A stretch of 51,133 bases of DNA from Chromera velia (Eukaryota): NCBI GenBank assembly GCA_018398765.1, contig JAHBMJ010000304.1, positions 1 through 51,133 on the forward strand, read 5' to 3'. Below the pieces are notes generated by a model. The model worked only from the letters and a program-made list of their open reading frames with translations. It searched no databases and had not been told where the DNA came from. Position 1 is the stretch's first letter. The number at the start of each line of letters is the position of its first letter. The position numbers were made by a program, and so were the translations under genes. Positions 24,851-38,123 of the stretch are shown one piece after another.

Positions 24851-25110
24851 GGGGTCGGCCATGCAGCAACAAGGGGAATGGAGGAAATGAAGAACGACAG
24901 GTACGGGAAGATCTGCCATGGAATCGGTTTCCGTTTTGTGCCGCTTATTTTTGAAACTTATGGAAGACCAGGGGAGGGAGTAGTAAGGTTTTTGAAGGAA
25001 GTAGTGTAAAAGGCGTACGGAGCTCTTAAGTAACAATAGCTTCTGGTAGAGAATACTCTAGCGCTATTATAAGCCTTGTCAAAGTTCTACATAGTTCCAA
25101 GGGAAAAGTC
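24851..25110 (+). mobile_element. Fossil C-terminal restriction-like endonuclease region of a CRE/R2-type non-LTR retrotransposon
   Basis: Translation GHAATRGMEEMKNDRYGKICHGIGFRFVPLIFETYGRPGEGVVRFLKEVV* fits the A..E..K..KY...C...F.P...ET.G..G pattern of RLE-bearing non-LTR elements. Stops follow at 25007, 25031 and 25037. Confidence 0.7.
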
Positions 25111-26619
25111 GGTAAGTCTGTCAGTCAAACCTCATGCGATAACTCTTGGAATCAGACCTACTCTTATATTTGATCTACTGTTTGCATCACGGTGCATACT
25201 CATATATTGATCAGTCATTATACGCGCGCGCCCACGAGCTATGCCGTTCTCACGCAGGCCGAGGCCACTAAGCTAAGCGATGCCAATTCTAGTTCAGTGC
25301 CCCACAAGCCCAGACTTCCTGGCAATCACCTCACAAGTGGCAAAGTTGGGAGCAGGGAGGGTGACGGGTGGGGAGGGAGATGAAGCAGTCCAAGCAAGGT
25401 TGATGAACCGCTACTACAACGTACTACAAGCTCTTGTCCTGCACTTTATAGCGTTTTGTCCAGTAAACCTTCTGTTCTCTATCCACAGCAAGAGGGGCAC
25501 AAGGGGCCCTTTTCAGCCCAAGGGTCTGCTCAGGAGGGAAGTGGCCACGTTCTTCGGGTTTTTTAACCGGAAGGGCGCAAACTGAAGGAATTTCTTTGAC
25601 AATGCGAGCTAGAAGAAAGAAGAAGGATGGGTAAAAGCGCAAGCAAATGAATCAGAAAAGTTTGGCCCTCACTAAATCATATTTACTCATACTCTAGCTG
25701 AGTTATACATTCATTCGTTCACTCACTCTCTCATCATTCTCATTAAATTCTTTTATTCACCCGCTCAGTCGCTTTCTCACTTTCTGGTTCTCTCTCTCTC
25801 TCGCTCTCTCTCTAGCTCTCTCTCTCTCTCTCTCTCTCTGTGTACTTAGACTGGCATCTATAGCTAGGCACTCATACCGACCTTCATAGTCAGAAAATTT
25901 CTCAGGTAGGCAAAGCTGACGCTCTCAATCAATTGCTCGATCCGTCTATCTCCATCCATCTCCGTCTCTCTCCGTCTATCTCTGTCCATCTCCCTCTTTC
26001 TCATTCTCTCTCCGTCTATTTCCGGCCCGATTCAGAAATTCAAACTTTAAGGATCAAACGCGGCCTTTACCTCTTGTGGGCAGCTTTATCAGACTCGACC
26101 GAGTTTCCCAGGCACGTTGGCTAACGTTGCGAAGCACCAGTGGGCTACAGAGACAGGAAAGAGACCGGAGACGGCTCTGGCGATAGAAAACAAAAGGTTA
26201 AGAAAACAAACACTAAACTCTCCACATAGAAGCGGCTGCCCAAATTCTGACTCCATGCTATTACGAAGACATGCTATCGAAGATTAGTATATCTAGAGCA
26301 GTGCAGGGCATCAGAGGAGACTTGTCAGGGGGGGGATGAGGGAATCGTGGAGAAGGAATGAAAAGGTCAGACAATTTTTCAAAATTTTGGACTTCTGCTG
26401 CTTCAGAACCAGATGGCGTCTGGAGAAACCATTTAGTGGGTTTTATGTGGCAACCATACGAATCAAGATTGACCACTTACAGCTTGTCCGCGAGACCTCA
26501 CTGAGATGAATGCCCAAAAAAGGCTTGCTAGCACGCAAAGACCCCCCCCCCCCTAAGAGCCCGTCTGCGTACCACTGGTACGCAAATGAATTTTTACATG
26601 ACCCCATACTAAAAATGAT

Positions 26620-27274
26620 TTAGGCGTCGGCTAAAGAAAAAAAAAAAGAAAAAAAATAAGTGATTTGAGGAGATCTTTTTTTTTTTTCTTTTTTATTTTT
26701 TAACCCTTAACAACACTTACCCTACAGGTAGCTAGGATTTTGCGGGATTTTAGCCCAGGATTTTAGCGGATTTTACGGGATTTTGCCCAGAATTCTGCCA
26801 GACTATTTCTCCAGGATTTTAGAAACTAAAATCCTGGCTCTAGGGATTATAAAGACTAAAATCCTGGATCCTAGGATTTTAGAAATGAATGCCAGGATTT
26901 TATGGGATTTTATGGGATTATATCTTTCCCGTAAAATCCCGTATAATCCTGTAAAATCCTAGAAAGAGGCTAGGATTTTAGCTTTCTTCCAGGATTTTAG
27001 ATTCTAAAATCCTAGGTATAGGGATTATATTTTTAACGTTAAGAGTCCGGCAGAATCCTGGGCAAAATCCGCTAAAATCCTGGCCAAAATCAATCAATCA
27101 ATCCGCTAAAATCGCAAAAATCCCGCCAAATCCTGGCTACCTGCAGGGTAACAACAGTTGTGCAACACACAAACAATACTTGTGCAACACTTGAACAACA
27201 GTTCTTTGACTGAAAAAAAAAAAAAGTAAAGGGTTTGGGGGGATCTTTTTTTTTTTTCTTTAGCCAACGCCTAG
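26620..27274. mobile_element. MITE with ~26-bp TIRs and 8-bp TSD (outer element of a nested pair)
   Basis: TIR YTAGGCGTYGGCTAAAGAAAAAAAAA at both ends; TSD AAAATGAT at 26612-26619 and 27275-27282. Confidence 0.75.
26720..27148. mobile_element. TA-flanked MITE (429 bp) nested in the preceding element
   Basis: TIR CCCTRCAGGTAGCYAGGATTTKGCGGGATTT; TA at 26718-26719 and 27149-27150; body consists of GGATTTT/AAAATCC repeats in inverted arrangement. Confidence 0.8.
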
Positions 27275-27480
27275 AAAATGATGATGCTTCAACTATAATC
27301 AATGAATCACTAGATGAATCAATATAAAATAATTGAATCATTAGATAAGAACTTTTGGATAAGAGAAGCACATTGATTGAACCTCTCTACTTGATTTTGC
27401 GGAGCCGAGTGCGGAGCTGTGACAAATAAATGACTGGAATACTTAGAGATGCACTGCTTTGCTTCTCTGTGTGTATTCCG

Positions 27481-27774
27481 CTACTTCCTCGCTGCTTTCT
27501 TTTGTTGCTGCTTCATTCCTCTGGCTCGCGCTTTCTTTCCTTGCTTCCCTTTCTTCTCTCCCTTCTTACTCCCCCCAGACTGCTTCTGCTTTCTCTTGCC
27601 CGATGTCTTCTTCACCTTTGCAGAGTCCTTCCTTTGCTTCGGCTGCTGCTGTTGTTGTTGGGAGGACGAGGAAGGCTTGCCGCTCCCTTCCTTGCCTGCA
27701 CGGGGAGCAGAGGCCGTGCCCTTCGAACCTTCTGCATCAAACAGCACACACAACACACTCACACAGATACAGAT

Positions 27775-27814
<40 letters not shown>

Positions 27815-27875
27815 AGAGAGACACACACACAGACACACACACAGACACACACACGCACACACACACACACACACA

Positions 27876-27916
<41 letters not shown>

Positions 27917-27963
27917 ACATACACATACACACACATACACACACACTCACACACACACACACA

Positions 27964-28002
<39 letters not shown>

Positions 28003-28567
28003 TCACATTCACACTCACACGCACACTCATATACACACACATACACATACAGATACACATACACACATGCACTTACGCTCAGAGAATACGCGCTACGTGT
28101 GCCTGAGGTAGCGCACGTTGCACCGAAATTTCGTCTTTGATTTCAGATCGTTTGGAGAGACAAGTCGAAACTCTCAGAAGTCGACATCAATTCGTTTGGT
28201 ATACGAACACATCGAAAACACGCAGCATGATATATAATTTTGTGTATCTGAGTGAAGGCATGCATGTATGTATCATCTGAAGTGAAATCCTCACATCGAT
28301 CCTTCATCATCCCTCACTTTCTTTTCCTCCTCACGCATTCCCGGCTCCTCTCCTCTCCTTTCCTTCGTCCGTGCAGTCTCTTTCCCTTCTCCTCTCTGGA
28401 AGCCGTCAACACCGCCACAGCAAGTGAAAGTACTTCAACAGAATGCCTCTGCTCTGTAAATGAACCAACTCAAACAGAATTAATGCAGTTCTTTCAATAA
28501 ACTGACCCTTTGCCTGCAGAGACCCGAACAAACCGCCCCCAGCAGATGCTGAGGGACTGCACGCACG

Positions 28568-28608
<41 letters not shown>

Positions 28609-30272
28609 TTAAGCGTGGATTGCGTATCTCAAAGCACCAAAATAGCAGCCAGAAAAAAAGTTCAGATCTGAACACACGGCAGGAGTAGGGAGAACAGAGT
28701 GATTCTCTTCATCATCTTCCACAGAGCGTGATCAAGTCCGTTGGCCTGGATTAGATTTGAGTGATTGATGCAACCGCAGAGAAAGGCAGTAAGACAGGGA
28801 GGCAGGCGAACACCGGGGGTGTGGTAAGTCAACACAGGGGTGCTTATGTTGATCACGAGAGAAGACCCACATCCATTTTCGTATGTGCTCTCGGCATGTC
28901 TCATTTTCTGATCACCTGCCCTCCTTTAGTACATACATTAATAGACTATTTCGTATCCATGCTCATAACACTCCATTCGTCAGTTCCTTCCCGCTGACAG
29001 AAAGAAGGACTGACTCTTCTTCGTCGGGCATCCCAAAGGAAGTCATGACTACAAAAGTCCCGTCAAAGCCGTCGTTGACCTCTTCCTCTTCCTCTTCGTC
29101 TCCTTCTTCTTCAACGGGGTCAGGCTGAACCTTCCCCTTCTTTCTCTTTGTCTGGCTCTTCTCGTCGGATGTCTGCTTCGTCTTCTTCTTTTGTCCGAAA
29201 GTGAAGATTTGAGTCTGCAGGCAGAAAAGGAAGCGCGTTGTTGATTATTGCACTTGTCTGGGCTTTCTCTCTCAGCCTCGTGGACAGAGAAAGTCAAGCA
29301 ATGGCAGAGAAAACACAAACAAGGCTTGCCCGTTGGTCCGAAAAAGGAGAGAACACCTTGTGAAGGTCTATCCATTCGAGTCATAATCTCATAATCTCTC
29401 GGCCTATACGCCTCTTTGCAATCAGATGACCGTCGCTGCCTGTCCAATGAAACAGGCAAGACCGGGAAAGTTTGGAAAAGGACGAAAAAGGAAAAGAGCC
29501 TTCGTGCCTGTTTGTCCGTCCGTCTGTTGTGCTTGACGATTGAATGTTCGTGTGAGTTAGCGAAGGAAAAACAATGGGGGGCAGACAAAAGCCATTTTTT
29601 CCCTCAAAAAAGACCAAACAGCCGGACAAGCAAACAAACAAACAAACATTAGGGCCAACCCACCCACTCACTCACTTTCGGCTTTTCTTCCTCCTCGTCC
29701 TCCTCTTCTTCCTCCTCCTGCCTGTCTTCGATCACTTCTTTCTCCTCCTCTCTTCCCCTTTTCCCCCCTTCCGATGCCCTCTTCCCTTTCGCCTTCATCC
29801 CTTCAGACGAGGACGACGGAGGCTTCTCTTGAGACACCTTGGAGCCTGCAGTCATGATGCCGGGGGGGTTGGAAAGAAATGACAGAATGAATGCATGGGT
29901 TTGCAAATGTCTGTCTGGCAATCAGACAAACAATCACCGTATCGGAGGCAACATACGGAAACTCTGTTCTGATTGTCCTTTATTCATCTGAAGAGCTGCG
30001 CACTTCTCTACAATTCCTGTGTATTCATTCTTCTACTGCGTCCTCAGTGTGCCTGCCTGCCTCCCTGCCTGCCTGGTTGTGTTCGACTGGCAGCCAGACA
30101 GAACAGTGACTGCATGTATGGCCAAATCACTCACCTGAGTGCTTCTCAGCAATGCCCTGGATGTTGGCCATGGACTGCTTGTAGGACTGGCAGACGATGT
30201 CGTAGTCCCGGAGGCCCTCGGTGATGCGCTGCAACAATTTGGAAAGGGGTATCAACTTGAGTATCCATCCAT

Positions 30273-30338
<66 letters not shown>

Positions 30339-31695
30339 AGGGAGGGAGGAAAGGGGGTGGAGGGGCTGACTGCGTCTATCCGAAGGATGTGGTTGGATGG
30401 ATGGATGGATGGTTGGATGGATGGTTGGATGGATGGACGGATAGATGGATAAATGGAGGAAAGTGTTGAAGGCTGTGAGTATGTTAACACCGTTTCCTCT
30501 GTCCCTTTTGTGCCCCTGTCTCAAATTCCTTTCTTCTTCTGCTGAATTTCCCTCTTCTGTCTCCTCGAACTGACAGGGAAGAAAGGAAACCGCTCCGGCA
30601 GGCAAGGCTTTGCTCAGAAATGCACAGCCAATGTTTTTGTCGACACATATTGTCGATTCAGTAAGAGAGTTAGAATTTGAGCATTCGGTTCATCATGAAA
30701 GCCTCCCTTCGGTCGCCTGGCAGCTTTTTGCTTTCTTGGGAGCCTCTCCGCCCACACACGTGTTTCCTGGGGCTCTCTGTTATTGTGCCTCTCTTTTTCA
30801 CTCTCTCTGTCTCGCTGTACGTGTTTATGAGGTGGGTGGGGTGGTGGGGGTGTGTGTGTGTGGGGTGGTGGGGGTGTGGGTGTGTGGGGGTGTGTGTGTG
30901 TGTGTGTGTGTGTGTGTAAGTGTTTCTCCGTGGCAGGCAAGCAAGCACACACAAAAGTCTTGTTGAAATCCTTGCAGCCCCTCAAATATGTATGCATACT
31001 CTCAAAGTCGACTGACGAAGCAACAAGAAGAGAGAGGGGTGGGGGTGGGGGAGAGAGTGATTGCCTGACTGCCGAAGCCTGACCTCTGTTCGGATCTGCT
31101 TGCGCTCCTCTTTCACTTGTCGCTCCTGTTCCTCTTGTGCGACCTTCCGTCTCTGGTCCTTCCGCTTTCTGAACCCCGTCACGAATTCCCTGAAGGAAGG
31201 AAACGAGGAAGGCCAAGGGAGGGATCGACGAAGTACTTCAAGAGACACAAACAAAGAGACGGGAGAGAGAGAGAGAGCTTGCGAAGAGAACACGGAGGCT
31301 GCAGAGACGGAAAGACGAAAGCAGCTGCACGAAACGGTCTACATGATTCCATGAATATGCATTGGAAGACATACGCATACACAGAGGAATGACCAGAGAC
31401 AGCGACGACAGCCCGTCTACGCAGCCAGACGCAGGCAGGCAGGCAGGAGGGCAGGGAGGTTCTGGAGAGGTACGCAGAACTTTTTCTTTTCCCATTGGCG
31501 CCTTGTTGACATGCGGTTGGAATGGAACGCACAACCTGTCCATGAACGCTAAAGGTGACTGTATCAGAGACCCGCTCGGCAGTTGTTCTTCTTGAATTTC
31601 TGTGTGCATGAGACAGCTAGGCTGACTGACTTCCTTGCTGCAGGATTGAAGGTGATCTCCCCTGTCCACCCGGACTTGGCGCCCTTGCGCTTCAT
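27481..31695 (-). CDS. NOL12: Nucleolar protein 12 / Rrp17 (Nop25 family) ribosome-biogenesis protein
   Basis: Seven GT-AG exons with all phases compatible: 31695-31631, 31189-31084, 30228-30135, 29845-29676, 29214-29015, 28556-28507, 27731-27481. N-terminus [58 protein letters not shown] matches the Nop25 motif (EI.F...R.E..TGF.KRK..RRK.A); acidic middle and Lys-rich tail. Confidence 0.85.
27778..28066. repeat. Long interrupted (CA)n microsatellite in the last NOL12 intron
   Basis: Directly visible. Confidence 0.95.
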
Positions 31696-32952
31696 GACGA
31701 ACGTGGGTGAGCGAGGGGAGTCAGAAAGGCGGGCGCACAAGAGGGCTGGAAACAGCTAGAGTAGCAAAGCACCGCACTGATCGAGTGGCGTTTCTTTCCA
31801 GCCGGGAGGAGTGTTGTTGGATTGTCACCAGAACCTTTCAGATCTTTCTTTCACACGGTTGATTGGATTCGTGCATTACCGCGGTTCAGCGTAAGTCAGG
31901 TGCTTGAGATGGTCTTGCGATATGCGGGTGAAGGGCAAGAAAGCAAGCAGGCCGAAATGGATCACCACACCTGGACTGTCGGTGGTGCATATGCCTGACC
32001 TTCATGCATCATGTGTTAGCTCGGACAAGCTCGCGCACGGAATGCATCTGGCGCACTCCGTGCGAATGGCCCGGAAAGCGAAATTAACGATGGACTTGGA
32101 AGAACTCGAGCTAGTGCCGGGGCCCTGCACCTCGTTTTTTTCTTTTGTTAGATCCTGGGTTCCACCGTAGGAGATGGCATGACAATTCACATGTATTCAC
32201 ATGTTACCTCAGCGTTGGCAAATTTTTCAGGGATCTATGCTGAATGCGGCCGAATGCATCATTTTTTTTTTTATTGTTTTTTTTTTTTTCATATATTCCA
32301 GTGCATCCAGATTTTGAGACACATCCCGAATTTATCCATATAACCTTTTTTTTGTTGTTGTCATTAGTTGTCATCCATTCTAGATTCGTCTTAAATAGCT
32401 CGCGTTCGCTCGCGTTGGGGCCTAGCGCCTCAGTTTGTATTTAATATTACCCTAGGGTGCACCCTACAGAGCCTGGAGTATGTAACAATCTAACTAACAA
32501 TTTAACACGTCAGTTAAACGTCAGTTAAGCAAGCATATAAAATGACTTTTTTTTTTAGTCCATGCACATGTGACTTTCAGATCCATGCCCATGCCTACTA
32601 CCGTGGGATCCATGCATACCACCGTCGGATCCATCCCATACCATTCGATATCATTCCAATGTGGGATCTTTGCCACCATCGGGTTCATACAAAAACCTAC
32701 CACTTTCAGATAGAAAATTGATCTGAAAATCGGCTGCTCCCGCCCGCCTCTCTCCTCTTGTTTCCCTGCCCGTTGCCTTTGCTCTCCTCAAATGATGTGA
32801 GTACACAGGGGTCTTCTTCCTTGTCTTCTCCCCTTTCCATTCCTTAATGAGCACTCTCCTTCCCTGTTTGGCATCTCTTATCTTTTCCCTTTCACCCGAT
32901 CCTTCAATGACTCTCTGACCGGCTCCTCAGACCCCACATGAACAGCGTACGC

Positions 32953-32985
<33 letters not shown>

Positions 32986-34307
32986 GCCAAACGCACGCAC
33001 ACACACACACACACACACACACATCGTTCACCGGCAGGGGGGGCGGGATCTCATCAGCAGAGGATCTGAGAACGGACCAGGGGGGGTTGCATGAAAAGGT
33101 AGGAACAGAGATACAGAGGGTGCACATGAGACCGTCACACTTTCGCTCATCTGTTGATACATTCATTCAGACATTCATGCACGCACCCATTGAAAGAGAC
33201 AGGATGCAGACCAGCACTTTTTCTTCTCCTCTCCTGTTCCGCTAGCCTGTTCCGTCTCTATTTCTTCAAAAGCCTCGTTTCTCCTTTCCTCTATCAGATG
33301 TTTCCCTGTTGTCTGATGAATCCCCCCTATTTACTCATCCGCTTCTTTTCACTTTCTTTGATTGCCCTTGACTGTTGAAACTTTCAGCATCACAGAATTC
33401 AGGTGACGGATTTCTACTCGACTTCTTTTGGTCATTTTGATTAAATTCTTTTGTTTCGCCCTCCCTCGCCGCAAATCAAGGCCTGGCTCTGCTTGCCGGT
33501 CGGTCACTCACGCCCTCTCGTTTCTTCTGTTCCGATAACTTTCAGAAGAATCTCACGACCCTTCTTTCTACCTGCTTCTCTTCTTGCTCTGCTTTGAAAA
33601 GAAACAGAATCACGAGAGGAGACCTTCGCTCGCAAGCAAGAAAAGACAGGGGAAGGAAGGAAAGAAAGTGAAAAAGAGAGGAAAGAAAAAAGAGCAGTGA
33701 ACGGCTGGACGGGAAGGCCGATCGACGCACAAACAGACATGATCATTCCTTCTGCATGTATCTTCTTTTGAGACATTTGCACAGATAGAAGGAAGAGAAG
33801 AATGACAATGAATGCGCTTGAGCATGCAGTTCGGGAGGAGAAGAAAAAGAATTTGAACTAAGTCTTCCTTCAGCCGCTTTCCTCCGCTTTCCTCTTTTTG
33901 AAGGTAAAGAGGGAAACGGAGGGAAAAAGAAAAGGAAAGGAGGCGGAGAGAAAAAGCTAGGGCGGTGAGAAGGATTCAATCATAATCCAAGTCTCAAGAG
34001 AGAACGTGAAGGTGAAGAGGAGTCACGAGTCCCCGGAGGGAGCGATACAGATGACAAAACGAAATTAAATCGAACAACTCTATACTCTCTTTCTTCATTT
34101 GACGAACGCAGACTGTCAATTTGAAGGAAAGTAAAGAACCTGTGAACGAGGCGGAGAAAGCTGGGCCTAACTTGAAGGCGCTCCATCAAACGCCAGACCA
34201 TCAAGCGAAGGGAAGGGAAGAGAAGACAATAATTTTTTGCTACCACTGATCCAAATTGATGTCGGTTCTCATGTCAATGCGACACAATGGTTCTACATGG
34301 AGAGAGA

Positions 34308-34362
<55 letters not shown>

Positions 34363-34614
34363 AGACTCTGAGAGAGAGAATACACACGGAACCTCCTGAT
34401 CTTCTGCCTGCCCTCTGCACTGCAAATCCCTAGACAACCCCTCGAAAAGTGTGGGCATCTTTCTTTTGCAACCGTTACGGGTTACCCCCCCCTCCCCTCA
34501 CCCTCTCTGTCTGCCGGCGCCTTCGTTCTGCAGCCTCTCACTCAGTCTGGCACACTGACAGAGTGCACGCACGCACTGCAGCAGAGGGGTCGGCTCGACA
34601 CCTGCCCAGTTCCT

Positions 34615-37600
34615 TCAACCGGACTCTGAAGGGGCTGATGCGGTTAGTACTGGCCGAATCAGAGACAAAAGCGTTGCAGGGCAATCTTGCAGACAGGCTG
34701 GAGTGTCTGTCTCACCCTCACTTTCCAACCACATCTCCCTCACACACTTTGTGTCTGCCCCTCCCTGAACTAGAATCTTTGCAGCCTCCCACTGTCTCGT
34801 TTCGAACGCCAGTAAAAGGGGCGCATAGGGCTTGGTGGGATCCCGTTGGACCCTTCTCGTACGCGTGGCCACGTTCACATTGGCGCCGGCCTCAATTAGA
34901 GCCTTCAAACCCCCTGAATACTGCGCAGCGAGCGCTGCTCCAAGTGGAGACTCAAGCACTTCAGTGCAAAAACAAGTCTTGAACACCTTTGTGGGAGAGT
35001 TGACCACAGAGGCAGGCAGGCTGCGGAGAATCTTTTCGAGCTCAGGCCCTTGGCAAGAGGGGGTGCAGATGATGTTGTTCAGCCAGGGAGAAGCATGAGA
35101 TTCTCGCAGCCGTCCCTCCAGAAGATCAGGGCGAGCACCCATCTGCACACACGCAAGAGTTAAATGAGAAGAAGAATGAGGAATTCATAACTGTCCTGCG
35201 AGACTGTGACGGTATACCCACGCAATCCATCCAACCCCCTCACATCAACGTATACGCACAAGAGCTTGGACTACAGAAAGAAAACCACCCCAAATTGGAC
35301 GGATCATTGAAAGGTCTGGGAAATATTTGATTCCCAGTCACCCCTGACGCACGCACCTGAATGAGGGCCGTGACGACACGCCACCAGACCCTCCTTCCCC
35401 ACTCCCAATCAGAGAAGGCATACTGATGCAGCGCAAACTCGAGCGGAAGCGAGGAGGCTGAAGGGCGAGCCCGCGTGTAAGGGTCTAGGACTTGAATGCC
35501 CACTTCTTCATTCGGATCGGATCGGCACCCTTTTCCAGGAGGAACTCAATCAGACTTTGTACTTCTGCCATGTCGTTTATGACGTTAGAAGCTTCTCGAG
35601 TTCTAGTTCTAGCCCGAAGCATGAGCTGCCTCTGAAGACAGTTTATTCCCAGAGCCAGGGGGGGTACACGTCTCTTTGTGTTGCACTGCTGTCTACGGTC
35701 GACTGTGACCTCATTTGGGTCGGCTCCCCGTTCCAAAAGCAGCTTTGCGAGAGACCACCGCTCTGTCTTCATACAAAAAGCAAGCAGCCTCTGTAAATCT
35801 TCTCCACTCACGGAGACACCGTGGCGGAGGAGAAACTCCGCCTCCTCCGTCAACCGAAATTCAATGGCAAAAGAAAGGGGTGTGTACTTCCCGTCCCGAA
35901 TGGGGGATTTGAAGTCTGCTTTCGCTCTCGCGAGTCCTTCCAAGACCTTCATCTGGAGCTCTGTCTCCCGTTCATACAGCAGCAATCGTGCTGAGGCAAC
36001 CAGATAAGCCTCCACTGCCAACACACGCGAACCGGTTACACCCCCACATGCATGGGCCTCATTCGGGTCAGTCCCCCTGCTCAACAGTTTCTCTGCCATC
36101 GACCACCTCCTATACTGCATGCAGACAGCAAGGGCCACAGGCGAACAAATCTCTCCTACTCGCTTCGGAGAGACCCCTGTCTCCAAGAGGAAATCGAAGA
36201 CTGACTCTGCATTCACCATGCAAGCCTCATAGAGAGCGCTACTCGCCGACAGGTCTGCCCCCCCCTCCGCTAGAGCCTTCAATACGGCGATACAACGCTC
36301 CTGGGTTTCCCTGTGCGACCGCCCAAAGGTGTAAGTAGGGCCTGGCGTCATCGCAAATGCAATCAATCTCGCCCCCTCCTCCCGACCGAGCGCAGCCTCA
36401 CGAGCAGCGAGCAACTCGACCACTGCCTCGACTTGGAGCAGGAAACACGCGAGGGAAAGGCTGCACATCTCTGTTTGAAGTCCCGCGACCGGAATGGAGC
36501 TCTGCCACTCGAGGCACTGAGTGTTGGATTTGGATGCGACTGCTACTATGCGTTGGAGAAGCCGGAACTTCTGGGCGTACCACTCATCCTCTGTGAGAGA
36601 CAGGGCGCCGGGGGAACCCCTGACAGAAAGGAGGAGAGAATGGAGAGGGGTCTTGCCGGGACAGAACAAAGTGATCTGCCAGTGACGGCGGTGGGACAAC
36701 TGCAGATAAGAGTCATATTTTTGGGCTCCTCCCTCGGAGTCCCCTCCCGCAAGCCACTCTGAGGCCCACTCACAGACATCTGTCCGTGCCCCTGCTTCCA
36801 GCAGAAACTCTGCGCATTCGAAATTGTGCGCATCAATAAACAGGATCAGAAGGGGCTTCCAGTACTTCAACCTCCCGTAAATCTCCCCCACTGAGTCATT
36901 ATCGTCTGAATCATCCTGCCAACCATTCCAGGGTTCCCCCCACTCCCCCGAAACCCACTTGTCCTCTACCTCAAACCATGAATCAAGGTGAAGTTCACCC
37001 TGTTCAATGAGAACCTTCAAGGTCTCTCTGTCCAGCTGTTTCACAAGGGCTGCAGAAAACAGCTGAAACGGATAGAACGAGGACGAGTGCGAAAGGGCAA
37101 CAGCGCACTGCAATGCTTTCTTCTCGCATGCTCGTCTGAGAAGAGCGGGGAAGCGGCGATGGAGGTCTAATGTGTCGATCTCCTGAAGCTGTTTGAGGGT
37201 CGTCACATCGTCTCTGTCGATGCAGTCATGCACCAAAGAGCGCAATTCAGAACGCCCACAGACGGAAATCTGAGATTGGGGGGACAAAACATCCTTGAGG
37301 TACTCTTTCTGTCTCAGTCTCCGCTGTCGTCTCGAGAGAGAGACGACAGCTTCTAGAAGAGACGGACACCCAACACCCCAGTAGCTCCCACTTTATGCTG
37401 AACGTCGGAAGCGGCGTCCGATGTGCTGGACATCTTGCCCCTCCGAGGTTCTTTGTGGCTCAAGGAAAATCAGTCAGAACCGATCCTTCCCTGCTGAGAG
37501 TCAAAAATAGGGTGCCGCAATTGCACAAAACAATAGGGACCCGAGAAAAATGATTGAGCCGTCTCCGATTTGCACGAGACAAAAATGCAAGTGAAAGCAA

Positions 37601-37765
37601 GGCTATGGAGACACCACAGAAGCAACCCATGAGGACATCAGGGCCCACTGAACACACTCAAACTGCTTCACACACGCTCTTCGCCGGTACGTGTTCGCAC
37701 TGTTCCACCCTTCCGGATTTCTACCTTCGGCGACTTTTGTGGATTGGAGACGGCACGTCTCGCAT
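34615..37765 (-). pseudogene. Ankyrin-repeat protein gene with one nonsense codon and one frameshift
   Basis: 600-aa ORF 35485-37287 with many ankyrin repeats (AEFLLEAGARTD, KTPLHSLL, LAEGGADL, LLSRGTDPNE, TPLSFAIEFRLTEEAEFLLRHGV, LLLERGADPNE). In-frame TAA at 37393-37395; 5-bp duplication at 35513-35522; intron 35356-35143 then last exon 35142-34615 (LKALIEAGANVN, AAKILVQGGAD). The first exon (ATG 37765) is tentative. Confidence 0.75.
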
Positions 37766-38123
37766 GGGTCGGACATTGGGTCCTCCGAGGCCCGGCCCGA
37801 AGTCCCCTATATGTAGCTCTCAACATATTGCTGCGGGGGCATCACACTGCGTGCGTCATTTTTTGAATCGGGGCACTGTGTTTAAAGTAGTTTAAAGAAA
37901 GAGGTGTGATGAGTTGATCGATGCAAGAGAGGGAAGAGGATAGCCTTTTCCAAGGAAAGAACTGAAGTGTCGCGAAGGTTCTGCCCTGCCTCTCCTCTGT
38001 CCCTTTTCTCTCTCTTTTGTTTGTTCATTTGGTCGTGAAGCTACTATTGATAAGCTGTATTAAAGTGGTCAAAGTCGCTTTTGTTTTATATAGCCGCTGG
38101 TAGTTTAGAGACGGAACTAGACA

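Noticed and set aside
25280..25585. 101-aa + strand ORF
   Set aside because: No recognisable motif; lies among TE debris and cannot be supported as a gene.
27430..28140. HT/CV-repeat ORFs (also at 22.3-23.5 kb, and ER/LS ORFs at 12.5 and 21.4 kb)
   Set aside because: Dinucleotide and tetranucleotide microsatellites lack stop codons; these lie in introns.
30490..30570. Extra NOL12 exon ([16 protein letters not shown]...)
   Set aside because: Exons 31189-31084 and 30228-30135 already join in phase and read RTERITEGL; this segment has no good phase-0 donor.
32210..32685. Possible hAT element starting CAGCGTTGGCAA with GGATCCAT repeats near 32580-32670
   Set aside because: No convincing matching right TIR or TSD; it may be a relic but cannot be delimited.
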